DNA of 46,597 bases, from the NCBI GenBank assembly GCA_032718475.1, contig JAUCBJ010003188.1:1-46597 (forward strand), in the 5' to 3' direction. The stretch comes from Nemertoderma westbladi. Lineage: Eukaryota; Animalia; Xenacoelomorpha. This document shows, piece after piece, positions 24,202-35,656 of the stretch; position 1 is the first letter of the stretch; each line of letters opens with the position of its first letter. The notes under the pieces were generated by a model. It ran no database searches. It saw only the letters and a list, made by a program, of their open reading frames with translations, and had not been told where the DNA came from. Both the position numbers and the translations under genes were made by a program.

Positions 24202-24930
24202 ACTGCATACTGTGGCCTACCTGACCTAGTGCTAGGCATTGTACCGGTACAGAGGAGTCTTTCGTGTCAGTGTCAGTAGCCTAGTGAGACATTCAGTCAA
24301 CAATATGGATACTTTGATTTCCGCGTTATTAACAATAAAGTGTGGGGAGAGGAGAGCCACGACAAAAGCGAACCTAACGCTAACATCAGAACATGCTTCT
24401 TAATACTGGGCAAATCGTCGTCGCTCGTCGTTGCCCATGTCCGTCGTCCGTCAATCTGTCTGGCTCAATTTTTCTACGCCAATATCTCACCAACAGCTCA
24501 GTCAATTTTTTGATATGTGGTATAATGTAGTAGATAACAAATTTAGAATACAGTAATTCATAATTCAATTTGTGTGGCTAAAACTTAAAAAACACAAAAA
24601 ATTATACTAAATTAGGCCATCCTCTCTGTCTCTTTATTCATAGTAGGCCGCTATATTCTATCTATATTCTATTTACTAACCACATCAACTAAATTAATTG
24701 TCTGGTGGTGATTTTCGATCATTTACTAATTACTAATTTTTCGAGTATTATTTCATTTTTTTCGAAAGTAAAAAGTAACATTTTTTTTCATTTTTTAGGA
24801 AGTATTATTTTTTCGTATTTTTCGAAAGTATATTTTTCATTTTTTTTGAAAGTATTTTTTTCATTTTTTTTCGAAAGTATTTTTTTCATTTTTTGTTTCT
24901 AACTGTTCATTTTTTGTTATTATTATAATA

Positions 24931-25818
24931 CACCATAACCCTTAATACAACAACCATTTTTAGGGGTCGGAACCCCCCCCCCCCTTATTTTTTTTCAAAT
25001 TTCAATAAAATGCTACGAAATTTGGTATGATGATAGATCGACACCTTTTCTTACTGGTGGCCTGGCCGGATTTTTTAATTTATGAGCTATTTCGATTCAA
25101 CAAGCCGTTAAAGATCGTCTATTTCGCAATATTTAGCCACTTTCGTCAGCTTTATTTTTCGTCTTTGGAATGAGATCTAGATATCCTTAGAAACGCCTTC
25201 ATCTGCAGATTCCGAATATGAAACCCGTTGTAAATTTCACCAAGAACTTCCGGAGATATTATCAAAATACTAAGGTGTAAATTTTTGTGACGTAAATCGC
25301 TATAATTCTAATGTTTTTTTTTACTCAATTCTAGAATATTATTATGGGTAATGAAATAACAAGATGGAGAGTTTTAAACGCTCAGCTAAATAATAATTAA
25401 TATTCTAGAATAAAGACAACAAAACATCAGAATTATAGCGATTTACGTCTCTAAATTTACACATTAGTATTTTGATAATATCTTTACCAATTTTTGGTTA
25501 AATTTAAAACGGTTTTCAGATTCGGAATCTACAGATGAAGGCGGTTCTAATGGTATATTACATTTCAAAGACGTAAAATAAAGTCTACGGAGGTGGTTAA
25601 ACATTGCTAAATATACATTTTTTAAGGGCTTGTTGTATCGAAATAACTGAGAAATGGAAAAATCCGGCCAGGGCCAGGCCACCAGTAAGATAAGGTGTCG
25701 ATCTACAGTATCATCATACCGAATTTAGGAGCATTTTATTGAAAAATTTGAAAAAAATTAGGGGGGGGGGGGGGGCTCCGACCACATAAAAATGGTAGTT
25801 GTATTAAAGGTTATGGTG
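24931..25818. mobile_element. foldback-type MITE, TA TSD
   Basis: TA|CACCATAACCCTTAATACAAC...GTTGTATTAAAGGTTATGGTG|TA; arms inverted almost to the centre; C/G runs near the ends. Confidence 0.9.
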
Positions 25819-26476
25819 TATGTGTATTGAACTGTGTATTAAATTGCTGATTACTATTTTTGTAATGGAAGAGGCTTTTCATGACTATTTTGATCACGAC
25901 TATTCGTTTGACGATAGGCCTATTACTGTAGGATAACTTTGCAAGGAAAGCCAAATGTGATTGTGTCTACAAGGACAATTCGACGACACAAGCATCGACT
26001 TACTGGAACCTTTAGAAAGTAATTTAATGTAGGGGCATCCCACATATAGTGGCAGCAATTAAACATTCCAAAAAAAATGTAAAAATTCTTTCGAAAAAAA
26101 TACTTTAGAAACTTGCTTTCGAAAATATGAAAAAAATACTTTTATTCTTAAATTTGTACTTTTTTGCTCGAATTTACCCCAAAATCGGGAAAAAAGGACT
26201 TTTTTCCTAGCGAAAAAGTTACCATAGGATTGTATTGGTTTTACTTTTTTCCCGGCGAAAAAGTAAAATATTTTTTTTGGTGGAATTTCTTAAATTGTAT
26301 TAAATGTGTTGAAATAGCATCGACGTAGAAAAGGTTTGCACGTAATTTGAGCAAAATCTGGTTAACTAAACTACGGTACGGGATCCAGAGGGGGTGCTGA
26401 GGAGGCTCTAGCCCCTCTCATGGCCATGAAGTAAAGAACATCATTATTATTTTACTGAAAAGGTATATACAGTAAT

Positions 26477-26739
26477 ATTATAACTTAGGATGGGCACATC
26501 TTTGGAAAGTCGGCAATGACGGCCAGGTAGGATCGAACTGCGCTGATGAACTGGTGACCTCCGGGAGGTAAATTGCGGACATACAAGGTATCAGGTAGTA
26601 CTTCCAGGTCTACCTTTTATTATCTGAACCGCTGGCTGAATGGTTAGAGCGACGGACTTCCAACACGGAGGTCACCAGGTCGATCCCACCTGGACGTCAT
26701 TGCCGACTTTACAAAGATGTGCCCAACAAAAGTTATAAT
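26477..26739. mobile_element. head-to-head inverted pair of tRNA-derived SINE-like units
   Basis: right unit: A box TGGCTGAATGG (26633) and B box GGTCGATCCC (26678); 26477-26563 is the reverse complement of 26666-26739 with B box GTTCGATCC. Confidence 0.7.
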
Positions 26740-27340
26740 AATATGAAACCACTCATTCACCCATAACACCAATAATAAATTATAAGGTATATATTCTCAC
26801 TTTCTCTTTACTAATTCAGAGATCTTCAACAGACTTCCGAACCCATGAGCCAAGGTAGAAGTTAGAAGATGTCATTCAAATGACTTATCAGTTAATCCAG
26901 CGATTTAATATCACAATCATTTTTTTGTTGGTCTGAGTCCATGTTTACTGTCAGAATTTTGGTCTTTGTGATATTCACATAGATAGGCCTACCAACACTG
27001 GATGCATGCAGCCTTCTCTAAGCTAGTTTTAACAACGTCTGCGCTCATTCCTATGTATCTTAGAGTAAACCTAAATCATCAGCAACACCAAGATCGATTA
27101 GCTGCTGGGGACACATGACCTCACATGATGGTAAACATAATACCACCCCATCAGCAATTTGAATATCGAAAGATGTCTGCCGCATTTAGTCCACCTCAAT
27201 AATAAAGAAGAAGAGGGCTAATGTGGCGCCTAGGAGGACACCCCAGAGAACCTCGAATGTATTTGCGTCCCACAAGTAGATGATTCAAGGGTTGTGGAAC
27301 CGTAATAAACCGGTCTTATTGGAAATCCAATATGTACAAT

Positions 27341-27418
27341 CAGGGACGGATTAAGGGGGGGGGGGGGGCAACAGGGGCAGCTGCCGGGGGGCCGTAAGTT
27401 GGAAGGGGCCCGCAAGTT
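27341..27418. mobile_element. hAT-like MITE terminal remnant
   Basis: CAGGGACGGATTAAGGGG...GGGGCAGCTGCC...GGGGCCC; partner end not found; a similar remnant lies near 26379-26420. Confidence 0.4.
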
Positions 27419-27926
27419 AGGAGAAATTTACCGAACATTATCTCACTGATAAAACAACCTCATTTATTTATTAATTTCTGGCTGTTCAATAAATATTTAG
27501 AATATATCTCACATATAGCACCATTCAGAGCACAGTGTCCCAGAGATTGTTTAAATTGTTTTAAAAAAAATTTGAAAGTGTAAAGTAATGCTTAACGGAA
27601 AACGTTAGCAAAAAGCAAAAGCTATTTAAAATAATAGTAAATTATTACTGTATTACAATTAACATTTAATTTTAATTAATTTTATTAATTTTGTGTCTAA
27701 TTTATTGATATACCAATATATTCGTTCCTAAATATAGAATTGATGTCTTTTGGATAGTGTAATTTTAGGAAAAAATTATTATTATTTAAAATTTATAATA
27801 ATAAAGGACTATTTTTCGTTAAAAAAAAGTAAGCGGAACTCACTGCTTTTTTCACTGATTTTTCAATTTAGCGAAATTCAACTATTTATGTCTATAGTGT
27901 TTTCCGTTACGTTTTTATATTGAATA

Positions 27927-30842
27927 CTAGAAAGCCCGTGGCCTTAGGCCACGGCTTTCTAGTTCACAAGCTTCTATACAATCAATCAATCAATGGACAA
28001 TATCAAACATAAATATATTAATTAATTAACTTAACAAAACTTTACATAAGACTAACAGACTGATCCCGTTTTAGTTTCAGCTACATACAATAATAAACAC
28101 GTTCGTGGGGCCTTCGCGCAGGACGAGGCCCAATTATGAGATACAAATTAAAATTGAGCGACTGTATCACAAAATCAGTATTTGAGAAATTTAACCATAC
28201 TGACAATCAATCAAAGAAAGGGGGACAGTACGTGTTCAGCCCAACTTATTTCCAATCACACGTTCAATATGTGAAGCCATGTGGTTTATAGGAAATATCG
28301 AGAATTCGAGAAAATCGAGAATACGAGAAACTCGATCGAAATACCTGCTCATCCCAGTATCCGTCCGTAGTCACCGGACAGCTGCGGTTTATTCCCGTAG
28401 AACAGTAGAATTCCCGCAGCTTCCGACCCAATTCGACAACGAATTCGCCTCACACTTTCGCGTGGCAGAGAACGTAATCCAGTACAATACACGTCTGCCC
28501 GACTTTCAACAATTTCCCCCAGGCGATCCCAGAATCCGGCTGTCCGGGCCGCCACTAAACCCAAATCGCAATCCTTGTCGATTCGTCCAGTCGGCGACGT
28601 AAGTCGGACTCTTCCCACCGCACTCCAAGGTGGGTGGCCTGAGTGAGGCATGAGGAACTTGGCAGTGGCCCGCATTACGATCCGACCGACTGCCGTATTC
28701 TCAGTGTAGTAAATATAATCTTACTGACAAGCAAGCAATTCCGTACTATTTATTCCTCAGTTAATCGCATCTTGATGCCACTCGGCTGCTCGGGTCCAGA
28801 TACATTGGACTGTCGAAAGCTGTTTAGATGAAGAAGTTGTTTAGCGTTGTTTCTCCTAGCAACCAGCTGATGCCAAGCCTAATAATTTTTGGGTAGATTA
28901 ATTTATTATAACTGTAAGACAGTTACACAGATGCTGCACGAAGACCCCACGCAAATTCAACTTGGAAAATTTCTAAAATTTGGTCAGACTACATGTGTAC
29001 CAAGTTTGGTTAAATTTCATTAACATTTGGCTGAGTTATTAACGTTTAAAATTTGACACGACAGAATGACAGAACGACAGAGCAACAGACACACCGATTG
29101 AGTTAGTGGTACCTGTATGCTAAGCTCGCTTACTTTCGTCGCTCGCCCCACATAAGGCTTTATGTTGTAGTAGATACCTACCAAGTAACACCTCCAATGG
29201 ATTACAAATAATAAAATGGGAAAAGGTTTTAACTGTGTGTGATATTTTCCCCTTTAGTGGAAAACTGTGTAACTGCAGAGTAGTGGTTAGCGTCCTCGCA
29301 AACATAACCTATAGTGCAGTAGGTCACTGCAGCAACTCTATCGTATTAAAATGGAAAGTTTTAATTTCAGACATTTCGCCCCCTAGTGGCAGATTGCATA
29401 ATTTTGCACTGGTTAGCGTCCTCCCCAAACACGAAGACTATGGTGTAGTACTGTAGTCCTCTGCCAAGTACCAAGTATCAGCAAAAAAGCATTCATAAAC
29501 AACAAAATTGTAGGTTTTCTATTTCAGACATTTCATCCCCTAATAGCGGTAGATTGGGGAACTATAGACAATTCTGTGACTCCATAAAGATACAGCCTAT
29601 GCTGTAGTAGATGCCTACGAAGTTTCAGTCCAAACTGATTTTAAATAACAAAGTTGAAGAATATGTTCACTTCCAGACATTTGCCCTCTAGTGGTAGACT
29701 GGGGAATTGTAGAAGACACTGCGACTCCGTGAAGATACAGCCTATGGTGTAGTAAATAGCTACCAAAGCATTAAAAACAACCAAATGAGATCAGGTTTTC
29801 ACTATCGGACAATTCGCCCTCTAGCGGCGGGTGGTGGAACTTCAGACGGCTCTGAGTATTACTTTGCAACGAGTTTGGGCGAGACCTATCTAACAAGCTA
29901 TATAATAACATATTAGCTATATAACTAACAAAACAATAAACTAACACAATAGAACAGGTTCTAGTTTTATTTTTGAGAGTAATCAGCTGTTATTTGCGTC
30001 GAATTTCCCCTGGAGAGGGATGAATTATTATTTCCCCTATCTGAGCCGATGATAAACACACACCCAGACCAGACAGATAATAATTGATATTTATATTTAT
30101 TAGATTTTAAATGTATGTATAATATTAGATAAAATAATAATACAGTAAGTAGGCCTACAGAAATAATCACTTTTAATATTCAGAACAATAAAATAATATA
30201 AAAACTAAAATGTTATAAACCTCTCTTTCCACGCAGCCATTATTGATTGAGAAAGCAGAATTAGTCTTGGACAGTTCGCAACAGACAACCCACCCCAATC
30301 AACACTCCAGCTTGGCTTGCTCCTTACCTGTGCCCAGCCAGCTAGCTACGAGTTCAATAATTACCCAACGTTGCTACAGTATGATACAGATAACAATCCT
30401 TCCCTATTCAATAACAATAGGCCAATTCGATCCTGCGTGTCGAATATGACATATTTATACACTATTTGATTTTTAATCAATAAATAATCATACATATTTA
30501 TATTAAACACTCGAACAAAATAAATACTTTGTGAGAATGGGACACGGCGAATCTACTCATGTTAATTTTATACCAGATGGGATAAATGTTACCCCTCTAA
30601 ATAATTAATTACCGATAGAAGAACCGAAATAATTCGATAAATTTCGCCCGAATGAACACAAAATACGCATTCACGCAAGCAAACGCGTAAAATTAGCCTC
30701 GAGATTGCGATAGTTTACGTGCTCAGGACGAGAGCTTTCGATCGATGTATCATTTGCTCAGATTGGTGCATGTGTGTCGAAGCGTATAGCTTGGACAGAC
30801 TCACAGACTCACAGACAGACAGAGGATATTTATATATATAGA
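27927..30842 (-). mobile_element. non-autonomous Helitron A1 (mosaic)
   Basis: minus strand 5'-TCTATATATA..(CTGT)n...hairpin GTGGCC-N3-GGCCAC..CTAG|T-3'. Confidence 0.85.
28097..29149. mobile_element. Helentron/HINE-like non-autonomous element nested in A1
   Basis: empty site in A2 (taatga|acataagg) shows insertion at A|A (T|T) with no TSD; terminal palindrome GGGCCT(T)CG..CGAGGCCC; tgtaccaagtttgg and an ACAG-type microsatellite near the other end. Confidence 0.8.
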
Positions 30843-30843
30843 A

Positions 30844-32510
30844 CTAGAAAGCCCGTGGCCTTCGGCCACGTCTTTCTAGTTCACAACCTTCTATTCAGTG
30901 AATCAATCAATGGACAATATCAAACATAAATAAATTAATTAATTAACTTAACAAACAGACTGATGCCACTTTAGTTGCAGCTACATACAATAATGAACAT
31001 AAGGCTTTATGTTGTAGTAAATACCTACCAAGTAACACCTCCAATGGATTACAAATAATAAAATGGGAAAAGGTTTTAACTGTGTGTTATATTTTCCCCT
31101 TAGTGGAAAACTGTATAACTGCAGAGTAGTGGTTAGCGTCCTCACAAACACAACATGTAGTGCAGTAGGTCACTGCAGCCACTCTATCGTATTAAAATGG
31201 AAGGTTGTAATTTCAGACATTTCGCCCCCTAGTGGCAGACTGCATAATTATGCACTGGTTAGCGTCCTCCCCAAACATGACGACTATGGTGTAGTAGTCA
31301 TCTGCCAAGTGCCAAGTATCAGCAAAAAAGCATTTATAAACAACAAAATTGTAGATTTCCTCTTTCAGACATTTCATCCCCTAATAGCGGCAGACTGGGG
31401 AACTGTAGATTGGTCATTGTCTCCCCAAATACACACCCTACGGTATAGTATACTCTGCTTGGTATCAGCAAAAAAAACATTATAAACATATTGTGTAAAG
31501 GACCTAAGTATCAGCTAAAAATCATTATTTATAACATAATAGAATAAGATTTTCACTTTCAGACATTTCGCCCCCTAGTGGCAGATGTCAGAACCGCAAA
31601 CTGCTCGGCGTCCTCCCAACACGCAACTATGGTCAGGTATAATTTCTTCTGCAAAGTGTCAGTTAGAACAGAGTGGTTACGATGATGCAATAACTGCTGT
31701 TATAATTTCCTGCTGCTTGCTGACCAGTAATTTATCCGATAACAAAACAACTGCAGAATAATGCAATTTTACCTCAAAGACGCATTCATGCAAGTATCAA
31801 GTAAATGTGTAAAAAATCAGCCTCGAGATAGCCTTTACAATTCATGTTTACAGGCTCAGGATGGTCTGCATCATATAGATGCACGTACATGATAGAGTCA
31901 AGATCCAACTTGTAGGATGACGGACTGACGACCTGCTAGGCCTACCTCGCTAGCACCCATCCCGTACATTGCAAAAAGGCATAATTGAATCATTTTGTGT
32001 TTATGATTATAAACATGTGAATTGAAAAAAACTAATCTAAGATTTACTGCTTGTTCTTACCAATGTAAGTCAAGAACCAATCACAGTAGTTCCAATCCAC
32101 TCTCCTGCTGGGTCCTATTTATTTATTGAGATTACTACTTAACCAACCCAGCCTGCCTGCAGGCCACCTCAAGATATGATTGGTCTGCAAGTAGCTAGCT
32201 GCCTTTCTAACTAACTCTCAGCTTTGCCAGGCCTGTACTGCCAAAAGGAATATTCGAATCACTTTGAGATTTTGTCACACAACATGTTGCAGCGAATACA
32301 AAATACGCATTCACTCAAGCATAAGCGTAAAATTAGCCTCGAGATAGCGATAGTTTACGTGCTCAGGACGAGAGCTTTCGATCGATGTATCATTTGCTCA
32401 GATTGGTGCATGTGTGTCGGAGCGTATAGCTTGGACAGACTCACAGACTCATAGACTCACAGACTCACAGACAGACAGAGGATATTTATATATATAGATA
32501 TAGATATAGA
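30844..32510 (-). mobile_element. non-autonomous Helitron A2
   Basis: same termini as A1; unique middle at ~31650-32290. Confidence 0.85.
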
Positions 32511-35500
32511 CTAGAAAGCCAGTGGCCCTTCGGGCCACGGCTTTCTAGTTCACAAGCCTATTCACCATTCCAAACATTAATTAATTAATTAACTTAACAA
32601 AACTTCATATGATTGAGAGTGTTCTCTCAAACAAAAGACTGATGCTGTTTTACTTTTTCAGATATCTACACTGGTCAACGTCCTTCACATAGATGCAGCC
32701 TTATGATGTAGTACAACAGTAGACCTCTGACAATTATAAGCGTAAAAGCATTTTTAATAAATAAATGTGAGAATGTTTTTACTTTTCAGATTCAGATTTT
32801 TCGCACCCTAGCAGTAGACTGGAAATCCGCAGACTGGTTAGCGTCCTCCCCATACAAACAGCCTATGGTCATCATGCCTTTCCCAAGTATAAGCAAAAAA
32901 GCATTAGAAACAACGAAATGGGAGAAGAATTTCACTTGAGACATTTCACCCTCTAGCGGCAGACTGAGAAATTGCAGATTGGTCAGAGTTTTCCACAAAC
33001 ACGCAGTCTATGGTGTAGTAGACCTCTGACAAGTATCAGCCTAAAAGCATTAGAAACAACGAAACGGGATAAGGTTTTCACTTTCAGACATTTCGCCCCT
33101 TAGCGGCCGAATGGAGAACTGCATTTTGTTCGGCGTCTTACCTAGACACACACCCTATGGTGTACTACACATCGGGCAAGTGTCAGCCTGAAATCATATT
33201 AATAACGAAATGGGATAAGGTTTTCACTTTCAGACATTTGGCCCCCTAGCGGTAGACTGGATAAATGCAGACTGGTTCTACAGTACAGGCCACCAGAAAA
33301 CGCAGATTTGTACAATTGTGAACACATTTTATCAAATGTGTACCAGTGTAATGTAATGTTGTTGAACGGGACAATTGAACATAATTGAACACAATTGAAT
33401 TGGCAACAACCAAAATTTTTTCGCCAAAGGATACAATTGAATACTTTTGAAACGCTTAGTAATCTGGAAACTCTCTGTAGTTTGCCGCGAACTGTCACTC
33501 ACTGCAGCTGGAAATGCGATAAGGATTTTGTTTACCTTTATAGTGTGTGGTTAATAGTGTCTAGTAGGCAGGCCTATAGTTAGTGATGTTAAGGCATCTT
33601 CTGGTGTTTCTCTGTGCCCTCTTGGTGTCAGACGAATGGCGCGACATCTCCCTGCACTAAATTAATTATTCAATGGTCTAGACTCCACCATCCTTAAACC
33701 CATCCACTCCCATACACTCCATGAACCTCCATGTGGTCTTGTATGTAGTTCTCTCTCTACCAATACAGCACATGTCCGCAATGTTACGCCCTGGGGGCTC
33801 TCTCATCTACCTGATATCAGACATACAGGCGCACCGCACACAAAGCCTTTGTCGGTCCCAGCAAGTTAGCCTCCTGCTGTGTGATCTAGAAGATAACTCG
33901 CCATAACCTGCCAATCAGATGACTTGAACAAATGTGTTCACATGTGATCACATTGGATGAAATCTGCTTTTTCTGGTGGCCTGTACTGTAGCTTCTCCCC
34001 AAACACACAGTCTATGGTGTAGTAGAACTTTGCCAAGTATCAGCAAAAAAGCATTATAAACAATGAAATGCATAAAGGTTTTCACTTTCAGACATTGCGC
34101 CCCCTAGCGGCAGACAGAGCTATTGCAGATTGGTCTTAGTTCTCCACAAACACGCAGTCTTTGATGTAGTAGACCTCTGACAAGTATCAGCCTAAAAACA
34201 TTATAAACATCAAAATGGGATAAGGTTTTCACGTTCAGACATTTCGCCCCCTAGCGGCCGAATAGAGAACTGCAGGTTGTTCGGCGTCCTCTTCAGACAC
34301 ACAGCCTATGGTGTAATACACATCTGCCAAGTGTCAGCCTAAAAGCATTATTAATAACGAAATGGGATAAGGTTTTCACTTTCAGACATTTGGCCCCCTA
34401 GTGGCAGACAGAGGAATTGCAGATTGGTCAGAGTTCTCCACAAACACGCAGCCTATGGTGTAGTAGACCTCTGCCAAGTACCAGCCTATAAGAATTATAA
34501 ACAACGAAATGGGATAAGGTTTTCACTTTCAGATATTTCGCCCCTTAGTGGCCGAATGGAGAACTGCAGGTAGTTGAGCGTCCTCCACAGACACACACCA
34601 TATGGTGTAATACACATCTGCCAAGTGTCAGCCTAAAAGCATTATTTTATTAATAACGAAATGGGATAAGGTTTTCACTTTCAGACATTTGGCCCCCTAG
34701 TGGCAGACAGAGGAATTGCAGATTGGTCAGAGTTCTCCACAAACACGCAGTCTATGGTGTAGTAGACCTCTGCCAAGTATCAGCCTAAAAGCATTATAAA
34801 TAACGAAATGGGATAAGGTTTTCACTTTCACATATTTCGCCCCCTAGCGGCCGAATGGAGAACTGCAGGTAGTTTGGCGTCCTCCACAGACACACACCAT
34901 ATGGTGTAATACACATCTGCCAAGTGTCAGCCTAAAAGCATTATTAATAACGAAATGGGATAAGGTTTTCACTTTCAGACATTTGGCCCCCTAGCGGTAG
35001 ACTGGAGAAATGCAGACTGATTCTAGCTCCTCCCCAAACACGCTGTATGGTGTAGTAGACCTCTGCCAAGTATCAGCAAAAAAGCATTATAAACAAAGAA
35101 ATGGGATAAGGTTTTCACTTTCAGATATTTCTCCCCCTAGCGGCAGACTGGGGAATTGCAGATTGGTCAGCATCCTCCCTAAACACACAGCCTATGGTGT
35201 AGAAGACCTCTGCCATGTATCAGCTAAAAGGCTTTAATAATAACGAAATGGGAGATGTTTTCAGTTTCGGATATTTCGCCCCCTAGCGGCAGACTGGAGA
35301 ACTGCAGATTGATCAGTGTCCTCCCAAACACACAGTCTATGGTCGGGAACAGATCTGCAAAGTATCATTTAGAACAGATTAAGTCTGGTATCAAAAAGTA
35401 GCATAATAGTCGAGACCCAATGTGTCGAGTGACAGAATGAACTGCTAGGCCTACCGCGCTACCGGTACCGAATTCACGAAATTCGCATTCACGCAAACAA

Positions 35501-35656
35501 ACGCGTAAAATAAGACTCGAGATAGCGACAGTGCACGTGCTTGTGACGAGAGCTTTCGTTCGATGTATCGCGAGCTCCGATTGGTGCTTGTGTGTAGAAA
35601 CGTATAGCTTGGACAGACAAACAGACAGACAGACACATGATATTTATATATATAGA
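32511..35656 (-). mobile_element. non-autonomous Helitron B1 with ~13 x 147 bp monomers
   Basis: CTAG-hairpin end at 32511, tatataGA end at 35656; motif anchors at 34104, 34251, 34398 and 34545. Confidence 0.88.
33281..33988. mobile_element. Tc1/mariner (pogo-like) MITE nested in B1, TA TSD
   Basis: TA|CAGTACAGGCCACCAGAAAA...TTTTCTGGTGGCCTGTACTG|TA; empty site ggttcTAgct in B2 (~39085). Confidence 0.92.

Noticed and set aside
26540-26560. Hammerhead ribozyme core (CTGATGA)
   Set aside because: No matching GAAA and stems; it lies in a small insertion within the SINE arm
26625-26700. Functional tRNA gene
   Set aside because: A and B boxes are present but acceptor and anticodon stems do not pair; SINE-like
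26800-27330. Possible degraded coding sequence
   Set aside because: No recognisable motif in the frames examined
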